64,000 nt of DNA from an uncultured Verrucomicrobiota bacterium (GTDB lineage: Bacteria; Verrucomicrobiota; Verrucomicrobiia; Opitutales; UBA9783). The notes under the pieces were generated by a model that saw nothing but the letters and a program-made list of their open reading frames with translations, searched no databases and was not told the origin of the DNA. Where the stretch lies: contig CABUVL010000002.1 of NCBI GenBank assembly GCA_902495005.1, positions 121,819 through 185,818 on the forward strand. Direction: 5' to 3'. Made by a program: the position numbers and the translations under genes. This document shows, one piece after another, positions 29,253 to 37,395 of this stretch (positions are counted from its first letter, which is position 1; every line of letters starts with the position of its first letter).

Positions 29253-30179
29253 ATGTTGGAACAACTTGTAATTATTGGAAGTGGATGTGCGGGATTGGCA
29301 GCTGCGATTTATGGCGGGAGAGCGCAGTTAAATCCACTCGTTATTCAAGGTCCTATGCCTGGGGGATTACTGACAATGACGACGGAAGTCGAAAATTTTC
29401 CGGGCTTCCCCGAGGGAATTCAAGGTGGGGAGTTGATGGAGCGCATGCGTAAGCAGGCTGAAAAATTTAAAGCGCGCTTTGAAAATGCTCAGTTGGTCAA
29501 ACTTGAACGCTTGTCCGGTGGCATTAACCGCCTGTTTCTGTCGAACGAAAAGCAGATAGATGCAAAGAGCTTGATCATTGCAACGGGATCTCACAATAAT
29601 CCGTTGGGCCTGGAAGGTGAAAAAGAACTGTTGGGAGGCAAGGGCCTCAGCGTGTGTGCGACCTGCGATGGGTTCTTCTATCGAGGCGAAGAAGTCGTCA
29701 TAATTGGTGGAGGCGATTCTGCATGCGAAGAAGCGTTGTACCTGAGTAAAATGTGCAAAAAAGTGTACTTGCTGCACCGCAGAGATGTGTTGAGGGCCTC
29801 TAAGATCATGGCCGAGCGTGTTTGTTCGAATCCCAACATAGAGGTTGTCTGGAATAGCGTCCCGAAGAGTTTTGAAAGAGATGAGCAAGGCTATTTACGG
29901 GCTTTAAATGTTTATAATCAAAAGACCAATACGCCACGAACCATTGTATGCAAAGGTATATTTTTAGCCATCGGATGGAAGCCGAACACGGAGGTGTTTA
30001 AGGGCTTTGTGGATTTGACGGACGATGGCTATATTAAATCGGGCACTTTGCCGGTTGAAACGAGTCTGCCGGGGGTGTTCGCTGCGGGAGATTGTGTGGA
30101 TCGTCGTTACCGGCAAGCGTGTGTCGCTTCCAGCATGGGCATACAGGCTGTTTTAGAGGCAGAAAAATTTTTGAATTAA
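29253..30179 (+). CDS. trxB: thioredoxin-disulfide reductase
   Basis: FAD motif IIGSGCAGLAAAIY, redox centre CATCDG, NADPH motif IGGGDSACEEALYL, and GVFAAGDC. Confidence 0.95.
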   Translation: MLEQLVIIGSGCAGLAAAIYGGRAQLNPLVIQGPMPGGLLTMTTEVENFPGFPEGIQGGELMERMRKQAEKFKARFENAQLVKLERLSGGINRLFLSNEKQIDAKSLIIATGSHNNPLGLEGEKELLGGKGLSVCATCDGFFYRGEEVVIIGGGDSACEEALYLSKMCKKVYLLHRRDVLRASKIMAERVCSNPNIEVVWNSVPKSFERDEQGYLRALNVYNQKTNTPRTIVCKGIFLAIGWKPNTEVFKGFVDLTDDGYIKSGTLPVETSLPGVFAAGDCVDRRYRQACVASSMGIQAVLEAEKFLN

Positions 30180-30707
30180 ATGGCGGCTAAAAAAAAGTGT
30201 AATTTTTGCGATAAGGAGGCCATTGTCTCCGTAGTGCTCATTCAAAATAATACAATGAAAGAAGTTGCATATTGTGAAGAGCACGCAAAAACCTATGCGG
30301 TGTTGAGCCCATGTGCCTACGAAATTGTGGATCAAGTCGCGGGTGATGAAAAGCCGATTGCGACAGCGGTGCAAACGTGTCCGTGTTGCCATTACACATC
30401 GGAAGATCTTGTTAAGAGCAGCCTAATGGGATGTGGCGAGTGTTACACGTATTTTGAATCTGTCACGCGTACAATTCTGCAGCGTTTGTACGAAACGCCC
30501 ATTCATTTCGGAAAAGTGCCGACGAAGTACTTGACGGCCGAAAGCTTTGTGCCGCGTGTTGACTTGTTAAAACAACAATTGGCGGCGCTGGTGGCGAGTG
30601 AAAACTTTGAGCAGGCTGCTCTCATTAAGAAAAAGCTTCAAGGGGTTGAACGTCAAATCAATGCGTTGAAGAAGAAGGAAAGTAACGATGTATCAATTGA
30701 CCTTTAG
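30180..30707 (+). CDS. McsA-like UvrB/UvrC-motif (UVR) zinc-finger protein
   Basis: Cys clusters CNFC...CEEH and CPCC...GCGECYTYF, then a C-terminal UVR motif VASENFEQAALIKKKLQGVERQI. The ATG directly abuts the trxB stop. Confidence 0.8.
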   Translation: MAAKKKCNFCDKEAIVSVVLIQNNTMKEVAYCEEHAKTYAVLSPCAYEIVDQVAGDEKPIATAVQTCPCCHYTSEDLVKSSLMGCGECYTYFESVTRTILQRLYETPIHFGKVPTKYLTAESFVPRVDLLKQQLAALVASENFEQAALIKKKLQGVERQINALKKKESNDVSIDL

Positions 30708-31026
30708 TAAGCAAAGTAATTCTGTCTTAAATAAGATGAGCAAGGAGATGCAAATGCGGCTCATCGATTTCTTAAGCAGTTTAAATTTTGAAAAAAAATC
30801 GTTAATTGAATTCGGTCAGATCATACGCGATAAGACAACGTTTTACCGGATACGTTGGGAGCAATTGCGCATTTACTTCGAATGTACGAGCGATCGTACT
30901 TTAATTGTGCATTACCTTTTACCGCGGCATACGTGGAATGATTTCTTGTTCCGGGCAAAACTGCCTTTTAACGAGGAGAAGATTGAAAAAGATAATGCTT
31001 TTTGGAAGTTTTTAGAAAATTTGTAA
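30688..31026 (+). CDS. RelE/ParE-like toxin-fold protein
   Basis: 112 aa. MYQLTFSKQ...LNKMSKEMQMRLIDFL and FYRIRWEQLRIYFECTSDRTLIVHYLLPRH follow the RelE/ParE pattern. An AAGGA SD ends 8 nt before the ATG. Overlaps the upstream gene by 20 nt. Confidence 0.65.
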   Translation: MYQLTFSKQSNSVLNKMSKEMQMRLIDFLSSLNFEKKSLIEFGQIIRDKTTFYRIRWEQLRIYFECTSDRTLIVHYLLPRHTWNDFLFRAKLPFNEEKIEKDNAFWKFLENL

Positions 31027-31029
31027 AAT

Positions 31030-31836
31030 ATGAAAAATATCAGTCGTGTTAAATTCCCGCTTGGGACAATTTATTTGTTGCCGAATTTGTTAACGGCAGG
31101 CAACTTGTTTTTTGGCTTTTTATGCATTATTCGTTGTATACAAGCGAAATATTGCGATGAAGGCTTGTCCACGTATTACTACAATCAAGCGGTATGGTGC
31201 ATTTTTTGGTCTTTTGTCTGCGATGGATTAGATGGCCGTGTGGCGCGATTGGGAGGTAAAGAATCATTGTTCGGGAAGGAATTTGATTCCATTGCCGACG
31301 TCATTTCCTTTGGCGTGGCCCCCGCGATGATGGTATTCTTCCTCATTTTATCGCCCACCAACAATTATCCTTTTTTTAGAAAAATTGGTTGGGTCATCGG
31401 TTTTATTTATTTACTGTGTGGTGCGGTACGATTGGCTCGGTTTAATGTGATTACGCACCCCTTGTTGGCGGAAAATAAGCAATTGTCCCCCAAGCGCTCT
31501 TATTGTTTTATCGGTTTACCCATTCCGGCGGCCGCCGCTGTGATTGCCTCTCTGGTGTTGGTGATTACCCGCTTTGACTTAAAGGCATGGGCCCTGTTAT
31601 TGCCCGAATTGATGTTGCTCATCGCTTGGTTGATGGTAAGTAACATTCATTATCCCAGCTTTAAACACATCGATTGGAATACCGAAACCCGTTTTCGCAC
31701 CTTTGTGTTGATCGTTACCATTGGGGCGGTTATTTACTTTTTTAAGGAGTTTTCGTGTGCCATTATTTCACTGGGCTACGTATTTTTTGGACTTGTACGT
31801 CACATTAAACATCGTATTAGGGCGCTGAAGCATTAA
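31030..31836 (+). CDS. pssA: CDP-diacylglycerol--serine O-phosphatidyltransferase
   Basis: CDP-alcohol phosphatidyltransferase motif DGLDGRVARLGGKESLFGKEFDSIADVISFG, plus multiple TM segments. Confidence 0.9.
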   Translation: MKNISRVKFPLGTIYLLPNLLTAGNLFFGFLCIIRCIQAKYCDEGLSTYYYNQAVWCIFWSFVCDGLDGRVARLGGKESLFGKEFDSIADVISFGVAPAMMVFFLILSPTNNYPFFRKIGWVIGFIYLLCGAVRLARFNVITHPLLAENKQLSPKRSYCFIGLPIPAAAAVIASLVLVITRFDLKAWALLLPELMLLIAWLMVSNIHYPSFKHIDWNTETRFRTFVLIVTIGAVIYFFKEFSCAIISLGYVFFGLVRHIKHRIRALKH

Positions 31837-31837
31837 T

Positions 31838-32266
31838 GTGCTGAGCTGGCTTAAGCAATTTTTGGCGAAGTTCGCCTTCTTGAGGAAGTACGTTTCTTGG
31901 GCCTGTTCCAATGAGGCGCTTTGGAAGGGATATCGAGGCGAACGCATTGCGGCTCGTTACTTGAGGCGACAGGCTTACAAAATTGTAGAACGCAATTGGC
32001 GTCATGGGCGCTGTGAAATTGACATCATCGCGCGTGATAGAGACTGTCTCGTGTTTGTTGAAGTGCGAAGCCGTCAGAAAACGCAACTCTATTCCGCTTA
32101 CGACAGCGTTGATCATCGTAAAAAACAAAATCTAAGGTGTGGGATTTACGCGTATTTAAGGGAACACCGCGTGCACGCATTTCGCATGGACATCGTAGCA
32201 ATTGATTGGATTGAGGGCACGCGGGATTATGAATTGCATCATTATGAAAATGTAAGTATTCGTTGA
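31838..32266 (+). CDS. yraN: YraN-family (UPF0102) endonuclease-like protein
   Basis: GERIAARYLRRQAYKIVERNWRHGRCEIDIIARDRDCLVFVEVRSR is the family core. GTG start 1 nt after the pssA stop. Confidence 0.85.
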   Translation: MLSWLKQFLAKFAFLRKYVSWACSNEALWKGYRGERIAARYLRRQAYKIVERNWRHGRCEIDIIARDRDCLVFVEVRSRQKTQLYSAYDSVDHRKKQNLRCGIYAYLREHRVHAFRMDIVAIDWIEGTRDYELHHYENVSIR

Positions 32267-32284
32267 TCGCTTATGCGTAACTCA

Positions 32285-33154
32285 TTACTTTTGAGGATGG
32301 GCTTGATGATAGATTTGTTGTAAATGAGTAATGTCGACGTGCGTGTACAATTGGGTGGTGGACAAGTGGGCGTGACCGAGCAGTTCTTGCACGACACGTA
32401 AGTCTGCGCCACGTTGCAGCAAGTGTGTTGCGTAACTGTGCCGACAGCTGTGTGGGGTCATATTCATGGGCAGATGAGCGCAGGCAAGGTATTTTTTTAT
32501 GATGAGTTGGATCGAACGCTCCGACAATTTTTTGTGCTGTTGGCTGAAAATGAGTGGTGAATGCAAAGTTTTTGGGGGGTAAGCGCCGTACAAATTTTTT
32601 AGCGCTTGGAGGGCAAATACGCCCAATGGGATAATTCGTTCTTTGTTTCCTTTTCCGAGAACACGTACGAGCTGCTGCTCCCATTGTACATTTTCCACCT
32701 GCAAATGTGTTAGTTCTCCAACACGTATGCCACTGTCGTACAAAACTTCCAGAATAGCTTTGTCGCGACGCCATAAAAAGTCGGACAGCTTGCCGGCCGC
32801 GAACAGCTTGTCGGGCGTCTGAAGTAATTTTTCAATTTGTTCAATGGTAAAGAAGGAGGGAAGCTTGAATTCGAATTTTGGATGAAATTCGAGTGCTTCT
32901 TTCGGCATTGGAAGCCCGTGGTACTCTTCCAAAAACTTGAAAAACGTTCGGAGCCCTGAAAGCTCGTTGCTTAAAGTTCGTTTGCCAACCGCGCGTTTTT
33001 CAAGAAATTCAAAGAGAAAAGCGCCTTGGTTTAATTGGGAAATGCCTTTGGATTGTAGAAATTGGATCCAATGCTGCGCAACCGTGAGATAATTTTTTTG
33101 CGTGTATTTTGAGTAAGCCCTTTGTTGAAGAAATCTTGCAAAATTTTTTAACAT
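32285..33154 (-). CDS. tyrosine recombinase, XerC/XerD family
   Basis: N-terminal SAM-like domain. Catalytic residues lie in GIRVGEL, HSCRHSYATHLL and LGHAHLSTTQLYTHV. Confidence 0.9.
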   Translation of the reverse strand: MLKNFARFLQQRAYSKYTQKNYLTVAQHWIQFLQSKGISQLNQGAFLFEFLEKRAVGKRTLSNELSGLRTFFKFLEEYHGLPMPKEALEFHPKFEFKLPSFFTIEQIEKLLQTPDKLFAAGKLSDFLWRRDKAILEVLYDSGIRVGELTHLQVENVQWEQQLVRVLGKGNKERIIPLGVFALQALKNLYGAYPPKTLHSPLIFSQQHKKLSERSIQLIIKKYLACAHLPMNMTPHSCRHSYATHLLQRGADLRVVQELLGHAHLSTTQLYTHVDITHLQQIYHQAHPQK

Positions 33155-33242
33155 AGATTAGGGGTTCTTTTCATAACAAATGGTGCTGTCGTGGAACAAG
33201 CATGGAGGAGGAAACGGTTATATGCAATGGTCCAGCCCCCTT

Positions 33243-33275
33243 CAAAAGAGTAAGGGCTTGCCCGAAAGCAGCCCC
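33243..33275 (-). terminator. candidate intrinsic terminator after nifJ
   Basis: On the minus strand: GGGGCTGC-TTTCGG-GCAAGCCC (33275-33254, one internal mismatch), followed by TTACTCTTTTG. Lies 12 nt after the nifJ stop. Confidence 0.4.
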
Positions 33276-33286
33276 TACTCAATGTA

Positions 33287-36200
33287 CTAACGACTGGCCA
33301 AATGGCGATAGAATTGTATTCGCCCTTGCACTTGTTGTTGGGCCAAGGTGGCCAATTCTTCAGCGTGTTGTGGATTCGTTTTACCCAGGACGGCAAACCG
33401 ATTTTCCCGTTTTAAGTAATCTTTTAAAGGAATTTTTGCTTCTACTGCGTCGAGTTGCAGTGGATTTTCACCATTTTCGCGACGACGAGGATCGAAACGA
33501 TAGAGCGGCCAGTAGCCAGAATCGACGGCGAGGCATTGTTGTTCAACCCCGTAGCGCAAATTGTACCCGTGCTCGATGCAATGGCTGTACGCGATGATTA
33601 AGGAAGGACCCTTGTAGGCATTTGCCTCTGAGATCGCTTTCAAGGCTTGCGCAGGATTGGCTCCAATGGCCACTTGAGCCACGTAAACGTGCCCGTAGGA
33701 CATGAGTAACAAGCCCAAATCTTTTTTACACCTTTCCTTGCCGGCCGAAGCAAACTTGGCGACGGCGCCCAATGGGGTTGATTTAGATTGTTGCCCACCT
33801 GTATTGGAGTAAACTTCCGTATCCAAGACGAGGACGTTGACGTTCGCTCCACTGGCCAGGACGTGATCCAAGCCGCCGAACCCGATATCGTAGGCCCAAC
33901 CGTCACCACCGATGATCCAGACAGACTTTTCAATGAGGAAGTCGGCGATGGTCAACAACTGCTTTGCCTCCTCTTGCTCCAAGGTCGACAGGCGTTGTTT
34001 TAACGTCGATACAAGTGTGCGTTGTTCTTGAATGGCTTCGGCTTTTAAGATGCGATCTACCAGATCTTCACCGATAGCACTTGCCAGCTTTTTCAGCAAG
34101 ACTTGCGCAATTTTTCGCTTTTTATCGGTCGACAGGCGTATTCCGAGTCCAAATTCGGCGTTGTCTTCAAACAATGAATTTGCCCAAGCGGGGCCACGGT
34201 CGTCCGCATCACAAGTGTAAGGCGTGCTTGGTAAATTACCTCCATAGATGGATGAGCAGCCGGTTGCGTTTGCAATTAATAGGCGATCGCCAAACAATTG
34301 GGTGACAAGCTTGATGTAGGGAGTCTCGCCGCAACCGGAACACGCGCCAGAGAATTCAAATAACGCCTGATTAAATTGCGACTTTTTCAAATCCAACACT
34401 TCGTCCGTGTGCGCTTGATAGGGGAGTGTTTCGAAAAATTGTAAATTATTTCGGCTGTCCTCAAAAATTTGATCCTTTGCCACCATATTGAGCGCCTTGT
34501 GCGTGGGATCTGCTTTGCTTTTTGCAGGACAGATGCTGGCGCACAAGCCGCAAGATGTGCAGTCTTCCGGGTAAACTTGAATCGTAAAGGCGTGATCCTT
34601 AAAATCCTTCGAGCGGAAAGCGGTGGATTGAAAGGACGCCGGTGCCTCGTTGAGACGTTCCTTATCGTAGTGCTTGGAACGAATTGCAGCGTGTGGGCAA
34701 ATCGATACGCAGCGGTTGCACTGTATGCAGATGCTCGGATCCCATTCTGGAAGATCTTGGGCAAGGTTGCGCTTTTCCCAACGTGTGGTGCCTGTAGGCC
34801 AGGTTCCATCGACTGGAAATGCACTGACGGGCAGTTGATCGCCTCGTTGTTCCAAAAGTTGTTGCGTGACCTTTTGCACGAATTCAGAGGCGCCATTTAA
34901 ATTAAAATGCACGCGTCGTGGCCCATTGCTTTGTACGGCCCCCGGCTTGATCAGGTGCAAGTGAGATAGGGTTGCATCGACCGCGGCATAATTACTTTGA
35001 ACGACGGCTTCGCCCTTCTTTCCGTAAGTTTTCTTGATGGCATTTTTAATGCATTGAATGGCCTCATCTTTGGATAAAATACCGGAAATGGCGAAGAAGC
35101 ACGTTTGCATAATGGTATTGATCCGGCCGCCCATGCCCGTTTCTCGCGCAACCTTGTAAGCGTCGATCGCGTACAGTTGAACCTGTTTGTCCAGGATGGA
35201 TTGCTGAACTTCTTGCGGCAATTTGGACCATACCTGATCGGCTTCAAAGGGAGCATTCAGCAAGAAAATGCCGCCCTTTTGTAAGGTTTTTAAAATGTCG
35301 TAGTGCTCTACAAACTGAAATTGATGACACGCAACGAATTGCGAGCTTTCAATAAGATAGGGCGCTTGGAGGGGCTTGGGTCCAAAGCGGAGGTGCGAAA
35401 TGGTCATCGCGCCCGATTTTTTTGAATCGTACACAAAATACGCTTGGACGTATTGTTCGGTTTCGGCGCCGATGATTTTAATGGTATTTTTATTGGCCCC
35501 TACGGTTCCGTCAGAGCCTAAGCCGTAAAATAAGGCCCTGAATGTATCGTTACTTTCCAAATCGAGCGTCTTGTTAACCGGAACCGACAACTGTGTGACA
35601 TCGTCGTCAATGCCGACGGTAAAGGAAGGTTTTAAGCTGCCCGCTTTAGCGGCGTCAAAAATGCCTTTGACCATGCTGGGCGTAAATTCCTTGGAGCCCA
35701 AACCGTACCGGCCGCCCATGATCTTTGGAAGTTGGCATTGCCCCGTACGTGTACCTTCTTGAAAGGCTGATTGTACGTCCAAGCACAGGGGCTCTGCAAT
35801 GGCACCGGGTTCTTTGGTCCGATCCAGGACGATAACCTCCTTGACGCTTTTTGGAAAGGCTTGCAAACAATGTTTTAGGGAAAATGGGCGGTACAAATGG
35901 ACGCGTACCATGCCTACCTTTTCACCACGTTCCATTAAGTATTGAATAGTTTGGTAAACTGTATCGCTGGCGGATCCCATCAAGACGAAGACACGCTCGG
36001 CGTCTGGGTGCCCGAGGTAATCAAATAATCGATAGCGGCGTCCCGTCAATTTTTCAAACAATTGCATTTTTTGAAGAACAATGTCTGGTACGGCTTGATA
36101 GAATCGATTACTTGCCTCTCTTCCTTGAAAGTAAACATCTGGGTTTTGTGCAGTTCCGCGAATGACAGGGGCATCGGGCGACAAGCCGCGTTTACGGAAA

Positions 36201-36883
36201 TTTAAAACGTCTTCTTCGTCGATGAGTTTCCTTAAGATATCATCGCTGAGGGCTTGATAGGTGTTAATTTCGTGTGATGTACGAAATCCGTCAAAAAAGT
36301 GTAAAAAAGGTACGCGAGCTTTTAAGGTGGAAGCTTGGGCGATGGCCGCTAAATCATGGGCGGCCTGAACGGAATGAGATGACAGGAGTGCAAAGCCCGT
36401 TTGTCGTACGGCCATGACATCCGAATGATCTCCAAAAATAGACAAGGCGTGCGTGGCCAAAGCACGAGCCGTAACGTGCATGCAAAATGGCGTTAACTCG
36501 CCGGCAATTTTGTACATGTTTGGGATCATTAACAATAGCCCTTGTGAGGCGGTAAAAGTGGTTGTCAATACGCCACCTTCTAAAGAACCGTGCACGGTAC
36601 CAGCCGCTCCACCTTCTGATTGCAACTGTACGACTTCGGGTGTGACACCCCACAGGTTGGGTTTGGATGCCGATGCCCATTGATCACACCATTCTGCCAT
36701 GGGCGAGGATGGGGTGATGGGGTAAATTGCAACCATTTCGTTGAGTCTGTAGGCAATGGACGCAACTGCCTCGTTGGCGTCCGTTATGGCTTTTGTTTCA
36801 GGGCTACGTATCATTTTAACAAATAAATAGGCAATTTTTTCACAATTTTTATCCTTAAATGCAATTCTTTTTTTGAAGAACAT
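33287..36883 (-). CDS. nifJ: pyruvate:ferredoxin (flavodoxin) oxidoreductase
   Basis: About 1190 aa, single-chain PFOR. N-terminus DANEAVASIAY, two 4Fe-4S motifs CIQCNRCVSICP and CTSCGLCASICP, and TPP site GGDGWAYDIGFGGLDH. An alternative start is ATG 36814. Confidence 0.95.
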   Translation of the reverse strand: MFFKKRIAFKDKNCEKIAYLFVKMIRSPETKAITDANEAVASIAYRLNEMVAIYPITPSSPMAEWCDQWASASKPNLWGVTPEVVQLQSEGGAAGTVHGSLEGGVLTTTFTASQGLLLMIPNMYKIAGELTPFCMHVTARALATHALSIFGDHSDVMAVRQTGFALLSSHSVQAAHDLAAIAQASTLKARVPFLHFFDGFRTSHEINTYQALSDDILRKLIDEEDVLNFRKRGLSPDAPVIRGTAQNPDVYFQGREASNRFYQAVPDIVLQKMQLFEKLTGRRYRLFDYLGHPDAERVFVLMGSASDTVYQTIQYLMERGEKVGMVRVHLYRPFSLKHCLQAFPKSVKEVIVLDRTKEPGAIAEPLCLDVQSAFQEGTRTGQCQLPKIMGGRYGLGSKEFTPSMVKGIFDAAKAGSLKPSFTVGIDDDVTQLSVPVNKTLDLESNDTFRALFYGLGSDGTVGANKNTIKIIGAETEQYVQAYFVYDSKKSGAMTISHLRFGPKPLQAPYLIESSQFVACHQFQFVEHYDILKTLQKGGIFLLNAPFEADQVWSKLPQEVQQSILDKQVQLYAIDAYKVARETGMGGRINTIMQTCFFAISGILSKDEAIQCIKNAIKKTYGKKGEAVVQSNYAAVDATLSHLHLIKPGAVQSNGPRRVHFNLNGASEFVQKVTQQLLEQRGDQLPVSAFPVDGTWPTGTTRWEKRNLAQDLPEWDPSICIQCNRCVSICPHAAIRSKHYDKERLNEAPASFQSTAFRSKDFKDHAFTIQVYPEDCTSCGLCASICPAKSKADPTHKALNMVAKDQIFEDSRNNLQFFETLPYQAHTDEVLDLKKSQFNQALFEFSGACSGCGETPYIKLVTQLFGDRLLIANATGCSSIYGGNLPSTPYTCDADDRGPAWANSLFEDNAEFGLGIRLSTDKKRKIAQVLLKKLASAIGEDLVDRILKAEAIQEQRTLVSTLKQRLSTLEQEEAKQLLTIADFLIEKSVWIIGGDGWAYDIGFGGLDHVLASGANVNVLVLDTEVYSNTGGQQSKSTPLGAVAKFASAGKERCKKDLGLLLMSYGHVYVAQVAIGANPAQALKAISEANAYKGPSLIIAYSHCIEHGYNLRYGVEQQCLAVDSGYWPLYRFDPRRRENGENPLQLDAVEAKIPLKDYLKRENRFAVLGKTNPQHAEELATLAQQQVQGRIQFYRHLASR

Positions 36884-37042
36884 TGCATCGATGGGCCTTC
36901 TAATGGGAATAATTTTACGGTGGACGTAAGTTTGTTAGCTTATAGTTCTTCAAGGTTGGTGCCGCCTCCATTCTCTATAAATATGGTTTTTACGCCACGT
37001 ACTTTTGAATTAAGCAACGATGGCTAAAATGATACTTTTTAT

Positions 37043-37083
37043 TTGCCCTAAGCTTCAAGATACGGCCTATTGGCTTAGGGCAA
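37043..37083. repeat. 11-bp perfect inverted repeat with 19-nt spacer, upstream of nifJ
   Basis: TTGCCCTAAGC (37043-37053) and GCTTAGGGCAA (37073-37083). No T-run follows on either strand, so it is not a typical terminator. Confidence 0.6.
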
Positions 37084-37199
37084 TGTAAAATAATTGAGCG
37101 AGGACTCTACACGAGTTTTGTATTCTCCTATGATTTTTCATTTTCTAGCCACAAGTTCCCATAAATACGCCGCTCACTTTCGTCGTCTTTGCTAAAGTC

Positions 37200-37388
37200 C
37201 TACGTACGATTTTTGTTGTTTATCAATGAATTGATGGTTGGATTATTGGCGTGTTTCCATGGTTGATGTCGAATGTAAAAATGTGTCCAATTGCAATTAA
37301 GAGCACAAAGACTCATTTTTTGGCTCCCTGTATCACTCAGCTTGCTTGAGCTAATAGCAAGCTCACTTAATGAGTGCACGGGCTCCAT
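37200..37388 (-). CDS. possible small ORF downstream of the helicase (doubtful)
   Basis: 62-aa ORF whose ATG lies 7 nt after the helicase stop. Weak SD, no motif. Confidence 0.2.
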   Translation of the reverse strand: MEPVHSLSELAISSSKLSDTGSQKMSLCALNCNWTHFYIRHQPWKHANNPTINSLINNKNRT

Positions 37389-37395
37389 GATTTTC

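Noticed and set aside
32285-33154. Xer-family recombinase considered as the integrase of the AT-rich insert or tRNA-Arg locus.
   Set aside because: It has XerC/XerD-type length and motifs. It sits 7 kb away, separated by nifJ and the helicase, and is embedded among housekeeping genes. It is most simply the chromosome dimer-resolution recombinase.
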